Part shown: piece by piece, positions 50,046-63,514 of the stretch | Layout: every line of letters begins with the position of its first letter | Position numbering within the stretch: the first letter of the stretch is position 1 | NCBI RefSeq assembly: GCF_963921235.1 | Contig: NC_086109.1 | Span: forward strand, 28,336,001-28,400,000 | Length of the DNA stretch: 64,000 nucleotides | Direction: 5' to 3' | Origin: Mobula hypostoma | Taxonomy: Eukaryota | Translations under genes and position numbers: made by a program | Notes under the pieces: model-generated | Told to the model about the DNA's origin: nothing | Database searches by the model: none | Seen by the model: the letters and a program-made list of their open reading frames with translations, nothing else

Positions 50046-52454
50046 GAACCAGTAGCTCTTTTGTATTACACAAGTCAATCACTTTCCACCCTGGAAACAG
50101 GCACTTAATTTTCATGTTCATTGTGCTGAATAAAAGGAGCTACATACTGACATTGGACTTGAATCATTCAGTTTTGCCCTCTCTCACACACCAGCATACA
50201 GACCATTGTGCTCCTCTAAAGAGAAAAGGTATACCCAGCAAGAGTACACGCATTTCTAATTTTAAGATTTTCAGAATTGTCAGCAGCCACCGAAGCCAAA
50301 GTATGAGCGACAACAATATTAGCCCATAACATTCCCCAATATAGTGAGTCACCCTTTTCTGCAAAAAAAAAACAGCTCATAGTGTCTTTTACTTTATATG
50401 GAGATTTTAATAAACCATTTGACAACTGTTATACCATCAGGCTTTTAAATGTCTGGGAATGCATTTATGAGTCAGAGTTAAGATCTGCCCAGGCTTCCTT
50501 TTGTTTCATTATGTGCCACCTGAATTAATAGTAATTTATGTTATCTCTGTTCCATTTCTGTTAGCACATCAAACTGTCTTTTACATCAGACAACAGTAGC
50601 CTTCTGGCTTCAATAAAAATTGTAACATAAGGAGGAGAAAAATTGTGTTCAGAAAATTGGGAAATAAAAATATAATTTTAAGACAGCTGTAATAGAAGGA
50701 ATTAATTAATTGTGCTGTCAGACAATGACATCATGTCCTAAGACTTATTTTGTAGACCTCCAAACAGAACCAAACTTTATTTGATAGGTTTAAGAGTGCA
50801 TGCTTTATTTCAAACACCAGCATTCACGACTGACTGTTTTTTCTGTAGGGGGCTCTAAAGCACTTCATAAAATATGAATGCTCAACACCTAGACACAGAC
50901 CTCATTAGACAAATCCACAAAGTTGATCTGGTCACCAAGGTATCAACCCCAGGGCAGGTCCTTGCAGAAAATTAACACTTAACGTTACAACATTACAAGA
51001 GATTATGAAGCCAAGGATAGGATCCAGAGTGCATGAAGTCTGTCAGTGACAGGAAATCACACCAGTGTTCCACTGACTGACTTTTTGTGGAATTGGTTGT
51101 TTTTTTTCAGGGATCAGATAGCTGTTAACAAATTTCCTAATGCTTTTTGGTTCCTGTCTGGTCAGTGTTTAGGTTGGCTTCACAAGACCATTTCCTTCCA
51201 TTACTGACAAGGTCAAAGGGCAAAAGACTGATCACAATGGTCTCAATCACTTGAAACTGAGAAAAGACTAAAAAAAATTGTGGAACATGGGTACATTAAA
51301 AAATGAGTTCTGGCCTTATAATGGATCAAAAGGAAACACATGCACTTCAGAATCAGAATCACATTTATTATCACTGACAAATGTTATGAAATTTGCTGTT
51401 TTGTTGCAGCAGCACAGTGCAGTACATACAAATTAATCTAAATTATACTTAGTGATTTCAGCTTCTTTATAAGCCAAATCATTATTCTTTACCTTACCAA
51501 ATTTTATACCAGAGTGTGCTTTGTATCTTGGAGGAGTGTTATGTACAAGCTTTCCTCTGATTTATTTTTTGTTGAATAAGGCAACAGTGCAATTTTATAT
51601 AAAATTATTTATTTTCAATTTTTTAATATTTATTTCAAATTGGCAATATAATAGAACATAATAAATGAAGCAGCACAAAATAAATTGGCAAAAATTTCTA
51701 TTTACTGGGTGCTAAGTACTGGGAACTAACATGTCAATTGTATGACTAACATTATCTTCTGCTGCAAAGATGTTCTTATCAGAAATCACCATCTGTGCTG
51801 TTGGTCAATATCTCCCCCAACATTTGTTTCTTAAGGGGTCAACATCGCTAAACCACATGATGCCATCTAGTTGGGAATTTGTTTCCAGCAAATATCGCAC
51901 ATGTTCAGGTGAAATGTTGATTGTCAAATTGGTGAGAGGTAAATTTATTTCAGTCAGTGCCTTGTTAGTGAAATTGCCCATAATTCTGTCACCACATCTC
52001 TCACATGATTAATTAAGAATTGTATACATTTTAATAGATTGCACCTTGATTAAACATTCACACTTTGTACAATGAGTTGTTGTTGTTCCATGTACACAGT
52101 AAAACATCTGAGTTGAGAATACTAACATATTTTGAGGCAGGTGTGAACAAAAGGACGTTTTAAAAATACATACCAGTTATCTGAGCTTGGCAAAAAATAA
52201 TTTATCTTTAAAGGATCTATGAAGACAGATTAAATTATTCTTCTGGAGATACATTTTAATAAAATTATTTTTATAATTCTTTATTACATCACTTATTATA
52301 CAAATATCAGAAACTTGTAATTAACTGACAAGACATTATAAATATAACAATTGTCTGAAACCGTGTCCATGCTGGCAAAAAAAAATTGGTTTTGGGTTAC
52401 TCCTGTTTCCTAGCTCAATTGTCCTAACTCTTCAGGTTCTTATCATAAACATAA

Positions 52455-53200
52455 TAGATTCTGCAGATGCTGAAAATCCAGAGCAACAATCACAAAATGC
52501 TGGAGGAACTCAGCAGGTCAGGCAGCACCTATGGAGAGGAATAAACAGTTGAAGTTTCAGGCCAGGACCCTTCATCTGGACTGGAAAGGAAAGGGGAAGA
52601 ATGCAGAATAAGAAGGAAGTAGCGGAGTGGAAGAAGTTTAAGCTGGCAGGTGATAGGTGAAACCAGGTGAGGATCAGGTCTATGGGTGAGAGAGGAGGAT
52701 GAAGTTCGAAGCTGGGAAGTGACAGTTGAAGACGTATAGGCTGAAGAAGAAGGAATCTGAGAGGAGAGGAGAGGCTGAGTAGACCAAGCCTACAATCACC
52801 AGAATTTTGAAGAAGGAGATGGGATCTATTGACATTTATAATTCTTTGAGAAGTTTGAACTGTCTGTACACATGGACTGGGGAATTCCAAACTATGGTCA
52901 CAGTTTTAGAAGGAGAAATTCCACTTAGGAACCTTGACTCTTTGGGGTTATTGACTTTTTATTTCAAAATAGTTTGTGATAGATATTGTGGAAGTCAAGA
53001 AGTTATGGGCACACAGCAGCGATATGGTGGAAGTGCATGCAAATTGGATTGAGCTAGAAGGTCAACCACAACCTTGATGATTGGTGAGCAGGCTTCTGAG
53101 TAACACACACAAAATGGTCAAGGATTTCTCCAGGTCAGGTTGCATCTATGGAGAGAAATGAAGAGTTGATGCTTCAGGCTGAGACCCTGCATCAGGACTG
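52455..53200 (-). mobile_element. Old PLE termini (52455-52775, 53100-53200) flanking a decayed CR1 3' piece (~52780-53100)
   Basis: Minus strand cagtccagatgaagggtcctggcctgaaacttcaactg and cagtcctgatgcagggtctcagcctgaagcatcaac are decayed hammerhead motifs. Confidence 0.6.
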
Positions 53201-54287
53201 TGTTATCTTGACCTATTACTGCTTCTTTCAAATATTCTGATGTTTTTCAGGCTGCTGATCTTTCTGATGACCAGTTGCACTGTGTTTAAAAGCATTGTTT
53301 AAAAGCACCCCGGTGGGATTTCTCGTTCAACACCTTTGTTTCTTTCATTCTTTGTTGTGCAGGCTTCTTATGCAAGGAGAGAAAACCTTACTGTTGGGGT
53401 CCAGTGTTTGGTCAGGAAGCCAAAGAATCTTCGAAATGAGAGTGTGTGTGGCGAGTGGGCAATAATGTATCAATATTCAGAGATTTTTTTTCACCATTGA
53501 TTTTCTCTTGCATTTCTTCTTAGGTATTTATTGTACGGAAAATTCATATATGGTTCTTTGTGCTAAAAATGTACAAGACCATCAGCAGCCAGCTTCAATT
53601 CAGTTCCCAGATTTTTGGATCCTTTGACTTCAGTGGATGTGACTGTGCTAGAAGTGAGGAGAATTGGTGCCTAGTGACCAATTAAGCATTATTTCTACCA
53701 GCATCACTAATAAAATAAATTCCATTGGGTATGTTCAGTCTTAAAATAAAACAAGGCATCTTGTTAGTGTGATCAGAATAAAGGCAATTCTGATCAGCCT
53801 GGTTGGTTAGTTATCATTTGTTGATTTGATTGAAGGCAAAAGCAATGTGATTGAGAAATGACTATATATTATTAATTTGTTCATATAGGATCAGCAATGG
53901 AATAGGTTATTGTAGCACTTGAGAAAGCTACCAGCAGGTTATAATTGAACAATCTACTGAGCAAGATAATTCCTTCAGTACCACAGTTTTACATAGAAAG
54001 CACAGAACTCTACAGGGATTGCCATCCCACCCTTGGAATATACTAGTAAATCCTTACAACAATTAAACAATTCTGATCCAAAACAAAAACGCCAAAATAT
54101 TTTAAGACTCTGGATATTTTAATCCTTTATACCAATCATTTGCAGCTTATATCAATCATTTATATCAATCATTTGAAAGCCAAAAACATAAATCATAGGA
54201 TTTGTTTATTTTGCTACCTGTAAATGCCTCTCACTACTCTAGGTGTTCATCACTTGTAACTTACTAAAGGTAATACACATGCAGAGT

Positions 54288-54650
54288 TGAGACACAAGAA
54301 AGATGGCAGTTGCTGGAAAAATGGAGCACCATACAAAATGCTGGAGGAACTCAGCAGGCCAGGCAGCATCTATGAAGGGAAATGGACAGTTGATGTTTCA
54401 GATCAAGAGTCATCAGGAGGAGGAAAGAAGCCAGTATAGGGGGGTAGGAGGGAGGGGCTGGAACAAGAAATGGTGGGCGACAGGTGAGTCCAGGTGAGGA
54501 GGTAGTGGAAGTGATGTAAGAACACGAGAGTTGATAGGTGGAAGTAACAAAAAGCTGAAGAAGATGAACGTCATAGGAGAAAGTGAACCATGGAATAAAG
54601 GAGAGGAGTTGTGGAGAGGTACCGGAAGGAGTAATGTGTTGGCGATCAGT
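54288..54650 (-). mobile_element. Old PLE terminus and 3' region
   Basis: acaaaatgctggaggaactcagcaggccaggcagcatctatg followed by a GA-rich body. Confidence 0.6.
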
Positions 54651-57600
54651 GATGTGTGGATGATTTCTTCAACTTCCATAACCTTTGCTCCTCTTTTGCT
54701 TTCCCTCTTCCACTCCATACAAAGCATGTTAAAAACAGATTACCGTGGACTATATTTTCTATTTAATCATCTTGAGCACCTTTTAACCAAAATATAATTA
54801 GTAAATGGTGTAAAACAGGAATAATTTTTAATTAAATGATCAAAAAGAATCCTATTTTTACACTCTGCAAATTGTTCAAATGCAAATGTTAGGTGATCTT
54901 TTTACCTACATATTTCGCTACAGAAAGAGTCCATTTGGCCCAGAAAGTCCATGTCAGAATTCAAGGGAGAAATCCCACAGGTTCTATCCCCCCGATCTTA
55001 CTTCTTTATAACCTTTCAATTTCTTTCTCTCAAATACCTACGAACTCCCCTTTGTTTCTTTTTACCACTTTTCCGCATAGTCATACTTTATTGATCCCGG
55101 CTGAAATTGGATTTCGTTACAGTTGCACCAACCAAGAATAGAGTATAAATATAGCAAAATAAAACCATAAAGGGATGACTTACAGAGATCAATTACCTCA
55201 ACATTTGTGTTTCAAAAGAGTAAAATAGCCCTTCATCTCAGTTAAAGACCAGTCTCAAAATACAAACGTACTATAAGATGAATAGTTTAAATCAATTTCT
55301 TAAATATGCTTATCAAATAACCAGCCTGGAATTCTTTCCTCATAGTTTATTCACGGCAATGTTTAAAAGTTATTTTTGTCCTCAAATGATTATCTGAAAG
55401 TGATGGATGATACTCTGTTCTGTCCAGTGAATGGGAAACTACCCTTATCATCATGCCATTAATACGCATTGGTGAGGTTTGCTGTTTCACTAATCTTGCC
55501 TGTCTCGAGCAACAGAGCTTCTGAAATGGAAAGTGAGGTTACAGTTTAGAAACAGGTCAAGAATAAAGAGGTATTACAAAGAGACAATGAAATTAACTAA
55601 TATAAATCAGCAAATAATTAAAAGTCAATGAGAAATTAACAAACCCAGGGCTATTTATTAAATACAAATGTCTAGTACATCTGTTGAGACTGGTGTAAAA
55701 GCTAAGCATGTGGATAATATTCAGTTCTTGTGCATCAACTTAAAACTTGACACACTGCGAACGTCCAAATCATGAGTCACAACCTGAATTTTAAAATTAT
55801 TCTCTCTGCTTCCACCTTTGCTTTTCATACTCCTGCCATTGGTAACAAAGTGATGCAGTCCTGCTGTTAGTGTGATTCAAATGAGGAGAAAAAGCTAAAT
55901 GCAAGAATTGGGATTTACTCAGTGTGCATGTATTCCTTTTCTATCATTATCCTACAAAGGGATCATTTTAAACCCACTGAGTGATTGCAGTTAAAAAAAT
56001 CCCCTCAGTGACCGACCCTCCCTGAAGCTAATCAAGTCCCCTGACGGAATTTAAATGCGGCACAGCTGACTTGTAATGAGTATTAAAGGAAAAAACATTT
56101 CTATAGGAGTTGAAGGCAAGTGTAGTGTTACGAGACAGATTTGAAATATTAGACTTTAAATTCACTGCAAAATGACTGAACTCAGAGTGAAATCCAGGCA
56201 ACTATAACATGAAACACAATGTCAAAGCATTCAAACTTAAATATCTTCTCTCAGTTTTGTGTGACTTTCACTTTTAATTATTTAATCTTCTCTGCAGTCC
56301 ATTCCTTGAAAATGCAAGTCTGCCCATAAGGTTCTGCATTATGAACAGAACATCGCTGATGGAAATACTATATTTCTGTGGAATAACAAAGTTTTGTACC
56401 CTGATTTTGTATTTACAAGATTTTTGTCCTTTTACGTCTATTGAACCTTTTAAATTCACTAACTGCCACATACCCATACCGGAGTACAATATGGCTTCAG
56501 AATTGTGAAGTAATTTAATCTTATTTTTGTTTACCTACATTTTAAGTTATATATTTAAAACAGCATACATGATGATGTATAATTATTTTTGAAAACATTA
56601 GTTTCACAGAATGAGTCAATCAAAGTTATGCACTCTAAATTTTGCCATTCCCTTTTCAGAACATCCTCTTTATCTACATTTGTTTAGAAGGATAATCATC
56701 AGAAGAACTTATCACTTATGCAATATGCATTACTTTCCTCTGATTTCCCCTAAAGAGCCCCATCATAGTGGGCTGTAATGTACTTGCTAGTTAACAGTGC
56801 TACTTAAAAGGTCACATTTGCATGCGAGCCTTGGATGCAGGCTGAGGTGAAGTGCATATACTTTACCTATCCTCTGATAATCAGATCACGACCTAGTTTC
56901 ATCCCACTTCCTTGCAAATAGTTATATTTACAGTGATTGCTTATGACTGGTATTATTTGCAGTAATTGGGTTGAGAGACATGAATGGTAGTGGACAACCT
57001 TTGGGCCATGGGAAGCTTGACAGGATATAAATCCTTTGGGGTCTAGGAAACGTTTGATCTTTCCTCTGCAGGCTGCTGATTTCACACTGAAAGAATGTCT
57101 GGACTCCAGGGTTCCGCCCACCCACAGAATCATTAGGGATGTGGTGTAGAGTTCCATACAAATCACCACAGGGGTTGTTCATCAGGTCAGAAGCCTCGGA
57201 AATGTAATGGGAAGTTTTTCCAAAGTTTAAAATTTATGTTTTAGATAAATTTACACTCCCCGTTTCAAAATCACAATCTTGAGAGACAAGTAATCACTTT
57301 TTGTTTACATTCTCTGTATTGCTTTAACACACTATTGTTATGAAAATATTTTTGATAATTTATTTTTAAATTCTTACAATCTTTTGTTTCACTTATACAG
57401 TACAGATCAATTAAGCAAAGTCTCATCAATTACTTACTTTGATAAAAGCAAATATAATTTCCTGAATTTTAAATATTATTTTTAGAAATACAGTTTTTAT
57501 TCATAAATTAATCAAATGTGTTGTTCAATTTGTTATTGTCCAGTTATAAATGACAGTTAAACATTTTCTGTCCCATTGAAACTACATAGAGAAACACAAT

Positions 57601-59959
57601 AGCTGAATGTTCCTAAATATAAGGGATTCTGTAGATGCTGGAAATCTAGAGCAACACATACAAATTCTTCATAAGATGCAGCAACAAGGTGAAAACATTT
57701 AATCAACATGCATTTTGCCATTTCAAAAAAATGCCTTTAGATATTTGAACTCTTGAAAATAAAATGCACTTTTGTAAGAGCTAACGTCTCACAGTTTGAC
57801 CTTCGGTCTACTTGTGTGAGTGAAAGGTTTTGTTCCCCATTTTATGCCAGATCAATCTTTTGACATCTGAAGAAGGGAGGATCTGCTGCTGGGGAGGGCT
57901 TTGTGGAGGCGCATTGGCAAATTTACTGCCGTGTTAACTGCGCTACCACCAACACAGCTGGCAACTGAAAGCAGCAAATTGACAGTGAAAGTTTCTCACC
58001 CAGGTGGAATATTCAATGCTTACTGTGAAAATGTTGGAAAGAACAACTGAAAGATAAAATAAATTCATACCCTACTTCAGATCCCTCACTTCAGCATGAC
58101 TGCAATGGGTTAGAATTCTTGTTTCCAACCGGTGCATCAGAGGTAGAATTAAAATCCAACCTGAATACAGGCCTGATACTCAACTTGAACCCTCGCATTT
58201 ATAATTGCTCAACTTGAAATGACCCATTACTGGAAAAATAGGAATCTTAATCATCTAATTCACATTCTGGAAATTTGAGGCAAATCACTTTGACCTTGAT
58301 AAAGTACTTAGCTGGTCCAGCATGGCACGCTCCACCTGAGGCTGACTGTTTATACCTGACTTGTACTGAACCTGTCACAGAGACTCAGATCATGTTAGGC
58401 TTGGGTTTGCATAGCCAGTCTCTAGTACAGAGACTGAAAACCAGTTCTCCAAGTAAATGTCAAACTGGACATAGCTGTGCACATAGGTCCACGAAGTTTA
58501 TTGAAAGCATTTTTATTACGTTATATGTTGTGATGTAAAATGAGATGCCATTTATTTTGAGCAATCCATGACACAAATCAAAACTTGTTTGTGATGAAGG
58601 CCACCCGTGAGGGGCTGCAGCAAATGAACTGATATCCAGCTGCTTAAATAATTAAGGTTTAATAAGCAGAATAGTATACACACTGTATAAAAAATAATTA
58701 ATAAGCAATGAAGTCCCCTTTCTTAAAAAAATGGTGTGAAATTCATTGCACTTAATACATAATTAAAACAATTTTGAGAGGAAGCGAAGAATATCTATCT
58801 ACGGCACTACCAAGAAAGTTTTAAAATTGAGCAGCTTAATGGAGATGTGTATGCAAATAGATATACTTGATGTAAAGGCAGGACAAGCAGAGATTAATGT
58901 ATAAAATAGGTGACCCCATAATTTAAGCATACATGTTACATAAGCTGTTTTCTCACAGCTCAATGAGAATTCCCAAGGTCCTTTCATGCTGCACTGTGAA
59001 GCAAATCCTGTTTCATGGCCAGTGGCTCTCAAAAGACAATGCAGACAGCATTCTGTCTGGAGGCTGCCACTCTGTGTGTGAATGGCAGTCATCTTTACAA
59101 GTTACCAAGCAGCATCTGTTTAAAGGATCATTCACTGCTTCAACTCAGCACTTGCAGACTCTGAAGACAAAGAACTTCTGAAAAGAAGGTCAAGGATTCC
59201 TTGAAGTCTGCCCATACAATTTTTTTGTTTTGTCTGGAAGAAACTGAATGGAATTGTGAAGGGGAGGAACACCACGAGGATCAGCTAGAGATTCCCATTT
59301 GTCACCCCTTTTTCTAATATATGTCGTCAGAAGAAAGAGTTGGAAATACTTGAGGAGCTTCAAAAGAATTTAATTAACATTTAAATACAGAAATTGTTTT
59401 TGTTTTATAAGCCTTTGATGAATTGTACTGACCATTTCAGCACTCGCATTTTAAATTCCGGAGGTAAATTTGAAAAGCCTTCAAAATCAGGTGTGGGGAT
59501 GGTGATGTGTCATTAACCTGTGCTCATTTATTGCAAAGCAAGCAGAATGCCAGTGTTGTGCTGCCTGCTCGTTTCAATGTGTCCAGGACAAGCAGTTGAA
59601 ATCTGTTGGCTACTCATCTGGTCTCAGTGTGAAGATTTATAGTTTGGAGCCTATGAGATCTCCACTGATTATCTGGTGGTATGCAACATTTTGTTGGATA
59701 GATTGCAAACATCATTAGAGGACACGCTGATATTTGTCTTCCTTATATACCATGGCTTCAATAGTTAGATGTAGGTCTGACAGTAGATATCCTTGGATTT
59801 AAAACCTATTGAAGTCAAAGGCTGAATTTAAATGGCCGTTGATGACTCGTATATTTTGAAATATTTCAACAAGAAAGCATATTGTAGTCAATTTTTCAGA
59901 AGGAAAATCATGCATCACTCTGACACAGTTTATATAGTATATACAGGTCAGTTTAAATA

Positions 59960-60232
59960 ATCCTATCAGATTCCTTCTTCTTCAGCCCTTTACCATTTCC
60001 ATCCATCACCTCCCAGCTTCTTCCTTTATCACACCTTCCCTATCACCTGGCTTCACCTATCGCCTTCCAGCTTGTACTCCCTTCCCCCTCGCAACATCTT
60101 ATTCTCACTTCTTCTCCTTTTCTTTCCAGTCGTGATGAAGGGTCTTGGCCTGAAACATCTACTGTTTGTTCCTTTCCATAGTTGCTGCCTCTCCTGCTGA
60201 GTTCCTCCAGGACTTTGTGTATGTTACTCCAG
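59960..60232 (+). mobile_element. Old PLE 3' region with decayed hammerhead
   Basis: cagtcgtgatgaagggtcttggcctgaaacatctactg at 60127-60164, then gctgagttcctccagg. Confidence 0.65.
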
Positions 60233-62499
60233 TTTAGATAGTTCATTTCTTCTCTGGACAAATAGTATTATGCCCTGGGCTTGACTATTTACAATGGAAC
60301 TGATAGCAGGTGGGATGGATATGGATTAGGATAACTGCTGCCAACAAAAATTGACACCTGAAGCACTAGGAAGAAGCAGTCCAAAATATATGTCATAAAA
60401 TTGCTGTCTTCATTAATGAGTATATAGTAGGGTGATGGTGGAACTTGTGTATTTAATATTTCAGTAATACTCTAAATATATCATTTGATTAAGCATTTTT
60501 GTTTGTGTATATAATTCATTATGGGATATATATAGAAGTATGTGAATGGCATACGTCATTCAGTCACCACGTCATATGTGAGTGCCTCATTAATGGAAAA
60601 CGATGCTATACAGACAAATTATCCTGGGTTCCTGTGTTTTTTTTTTCAGTTAGAAAATATAACAGGACTGACAGTTTATTAGTGGAAAAAAAAATTCACC
60701 AATTTATGAAGTTCAAACAATCTAAGGTTTATTTGATGATGTGAGAAGGATAGATTTCCAGGTCTCTCAAATTAAGAATTAGGCATGGAAATTTTTGGGG
60801 AGGGATCAAGCTCAACAATTGACAAGAATTACTCTGTATGAGGTTATTAATTCCAGCATACAGGCTCTAACAGATGTCCCTCCATTACCACCATCATATC
60901 TAGACTTTGGTAAGCTTTTTGAAATATAGTACACATATTGTTGAAGTACATATCACCATATACTACCCTGAGATACATTTTCTTGTGTGCCATCACAGTA
61001 GAACAAAAAAAAATAGAATCAATGACAAATTTTGGGGAACAATGCTGAGGAAATATCTAGAATGTTACTAAGAGATTACTTCACATTCTTTCAGAGTATT
61101 TAATGAATTAGTTTTTAAGATGATACGTCGTTTCATGTATACACATTAAGAGAATGGTGGTTAACTTACCAACTGGTAATCAAATTTAAATCCTATCATG
61201 GCAGCTGGGAAAGGTAATTTAATTGGGATTTATTAAAAAAGGAGCAGACCTCAGTATTGGTAATTATGAGACCTTTTATACAAATCTTTCTAGATAATGC
61301 TGCCACAAAAACATTAACAATACCAATGATGTAATTTCAACATTTCCGATTCAATATGTACTCAAATTTTCTAAAGTTACTGCTTAGGAAAATGCTGATT
61401 ATTGCAAATGTGTTCTATGATAGATTTTTTTTACAATAATAGAGGGAAAATATTTATGTAGGAAGCCACAATTGCATCAATTAAGAAAAGACTCAAGGAA
61501 ACACTGTGAATGACTTGACTTAGTAGAAGTAAAAGTTCATTAGAAAAAAAGGTCTGCTTTGGAATAGGAAGTGGAACCTAAATGATTCAATCAATTTTAA
61601 AGACCTTGCCTCCAGATTGGTACTGTACATAAATTATGCATTTGTTGTGCTATGATTGGCTGTCAAATAGGCAGTAATTATCCTAAGGAGATCATGCACT
61701 AAGAATATTACTGTAAGAATACAATGCAGAAGTAATGTTCTGGTGATCTGCCTACTCAATGCTTCAGTACAGTCTTAAAACTCAGTTTGGGACTTTAATC
61801 AATAATTGGGTCATTTAATCAGATTAACCTTTCGTCCATTCCCTGCTCCAATGCCATCAACAAAGCAGCTGAAAGGTAAAGCAATGACACAGTCAACATG
61901 GGCTGCAAAAACTACAAATGAAAAGCAAGACATCTTCATGTCATGTTCGCTGAAGTCTTTTCTGTCAGGCATAACATTCTTATTTAGAGAATTTAAAGTT
62001 GTTGGTATGTATTTACAAAATCATCTGTGTCCAGGGGATGAACTAGTCATTCCCAAAGTAGAGGCTTCTGATAGAAATATGTGATCACTGCCATGTTTTT
62101 CATCATTTAAATGTCAATAGAAGGATTCTCTAGACATTGAATTCATTTTCTTCTGTTGAAATGGAGAAAGTGGTATCTGCATTTCCACAACTTGTAGAGA
62201 ATTTTATTGGTTTGTTTAAACTTCTCAAGTTCCAGCTTTTCAATCTTTTCGATGACATGAATTTGTAAGTACGTTTGATCAAACAATATTTTAATAAAAT
62301 CAACTGTATTTGGAATTAAAAATGTCCTCAAAGGAGAGGATTAACCAAAAAAGAAAACAGAATGTCTTAACTTGTCCCGGAAGTCCATAAAATGCACAAA
62401 TATTTTGTGTGGAAAAAAATCCCAAGATCAGCCACAATAATGAATTGTAAGATAGTTCCAAGGGAATGAATTCCCTGATCCTGCTTCTTGGACTTATGG

Positions 62500-63060
62500 C
62501 ATGAAGAAAGAAAATGACGGAAACGTTAGCAGGTCAGTCAGTATCTGTGGAAAGAAAAACAGAGTTAATGCTTCAACTCCATGACAGCTGTAAGTTACAA
62601 AAATAGGTTTGGGGGCACAGAGGACAACCTGTGGTTGGGTGGGGCCAGACAAGAGAAAATCTATAGACGCAAACATGAGGAAATCTGCAGATGCTGGAAT
62701 TTCAAGCAACACACATAAAAGTTGCTGGTGAACGCAGCAGGCCAGGCAGCATCTATAGGAAGAGGTACAGTCGACGTTTCCTCCTTTGCCATGATCCTCT
62801 CACCAGCAACTTTTATGAAAATCTACAGATGCTGGAAATCCAAGCAACGCACACAAAATGCTGGAGGAAATCAGCAGGCCAAGCAGCATCTATGGAAAAG
62901 AGTACAGTCGATGGTTTGGGCCAAGACTCTTCAGCAGGATCTGAAGGGTCTCACCCCAAAATATCAACTGTGCTCTTTTCCATAGATGCTGTATGGCTGC
63001 TGAGTTCCTCCAGCATTTTTCTGGGTGAGGCCAGGCAGCCATGGGTGGGGAAAGTGGGTG
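62500..63060. mobile_element. Cluster of PLE termini: a young copy (62668-62816) nested in an older palindromic copy
   Basis: TSD gaaaatcta(t/c)aga at 62655-62667 and 62817-62829; the older hairpin folds back at ~62940. Confidence 0.75.
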
Positions 63061-63514
63061 ATTGATGGGTTTATGGGAATTATTCAGGCTTAGGGGCAAA
63101 AATATTGTGAAAAACGGATCAAGAAGCCATGCCCCTTTAAGTTGATAGTAATGGAGAGAAACTTGTTTCTTACTTCCACAAAAGGTGTCATAACTGCTGA
63201 GTGTTTCCAGCACTTATCATATTCATTTCAGGTTTTAATTTGAATGGATTTTTTTGTTTTTTATTCCTTGTGTCCTCCTGTCCTAGACCTTTCTCTCTGC
63301 ATCTCTAAATATAGAGAGAATGCCAATTGCGTATTTAAACTGAGTACAGCTGAGACAGAATTGTGTGAGCAATCAGAGAATGAAAATGGTGGTGTGGAAT
63401 CACAAATTGCTTGTTTTGATCAAATGAAAATGTGGAAATGAAAACCCATTTATAATATTTTGTATAATTACAAAAAGACGTGTTAACCAAATTAAGTAAA
63501 TTCAACCCAAACTA

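Noticed and set aside
53523..53652. Open frame between a pyrimidine-rich AG and GTGAGG (VFIVRKIHIW...)
   Set aside because: Weak donor, unrecognisable peptide, no neighbouring compatible exons.
54128..54174. Short tandem repeat of tatatcaatcatt
   Set aside because: Two to three copies of a 13-mer with no unique spacers; simple slippage duplication.
60500..60664. TG...CA-bounded 165-bp segment resembling a small solo LTR
   Set aside because: No target-site duplication and no second copy in the window.
61150..61280. Possible ancient Deu-type SINE remnant (also ~23430-23710, ~46430, ~53960)
   Set aside because: Resemblance is too faint to support by eye; needs a profile HMM search.
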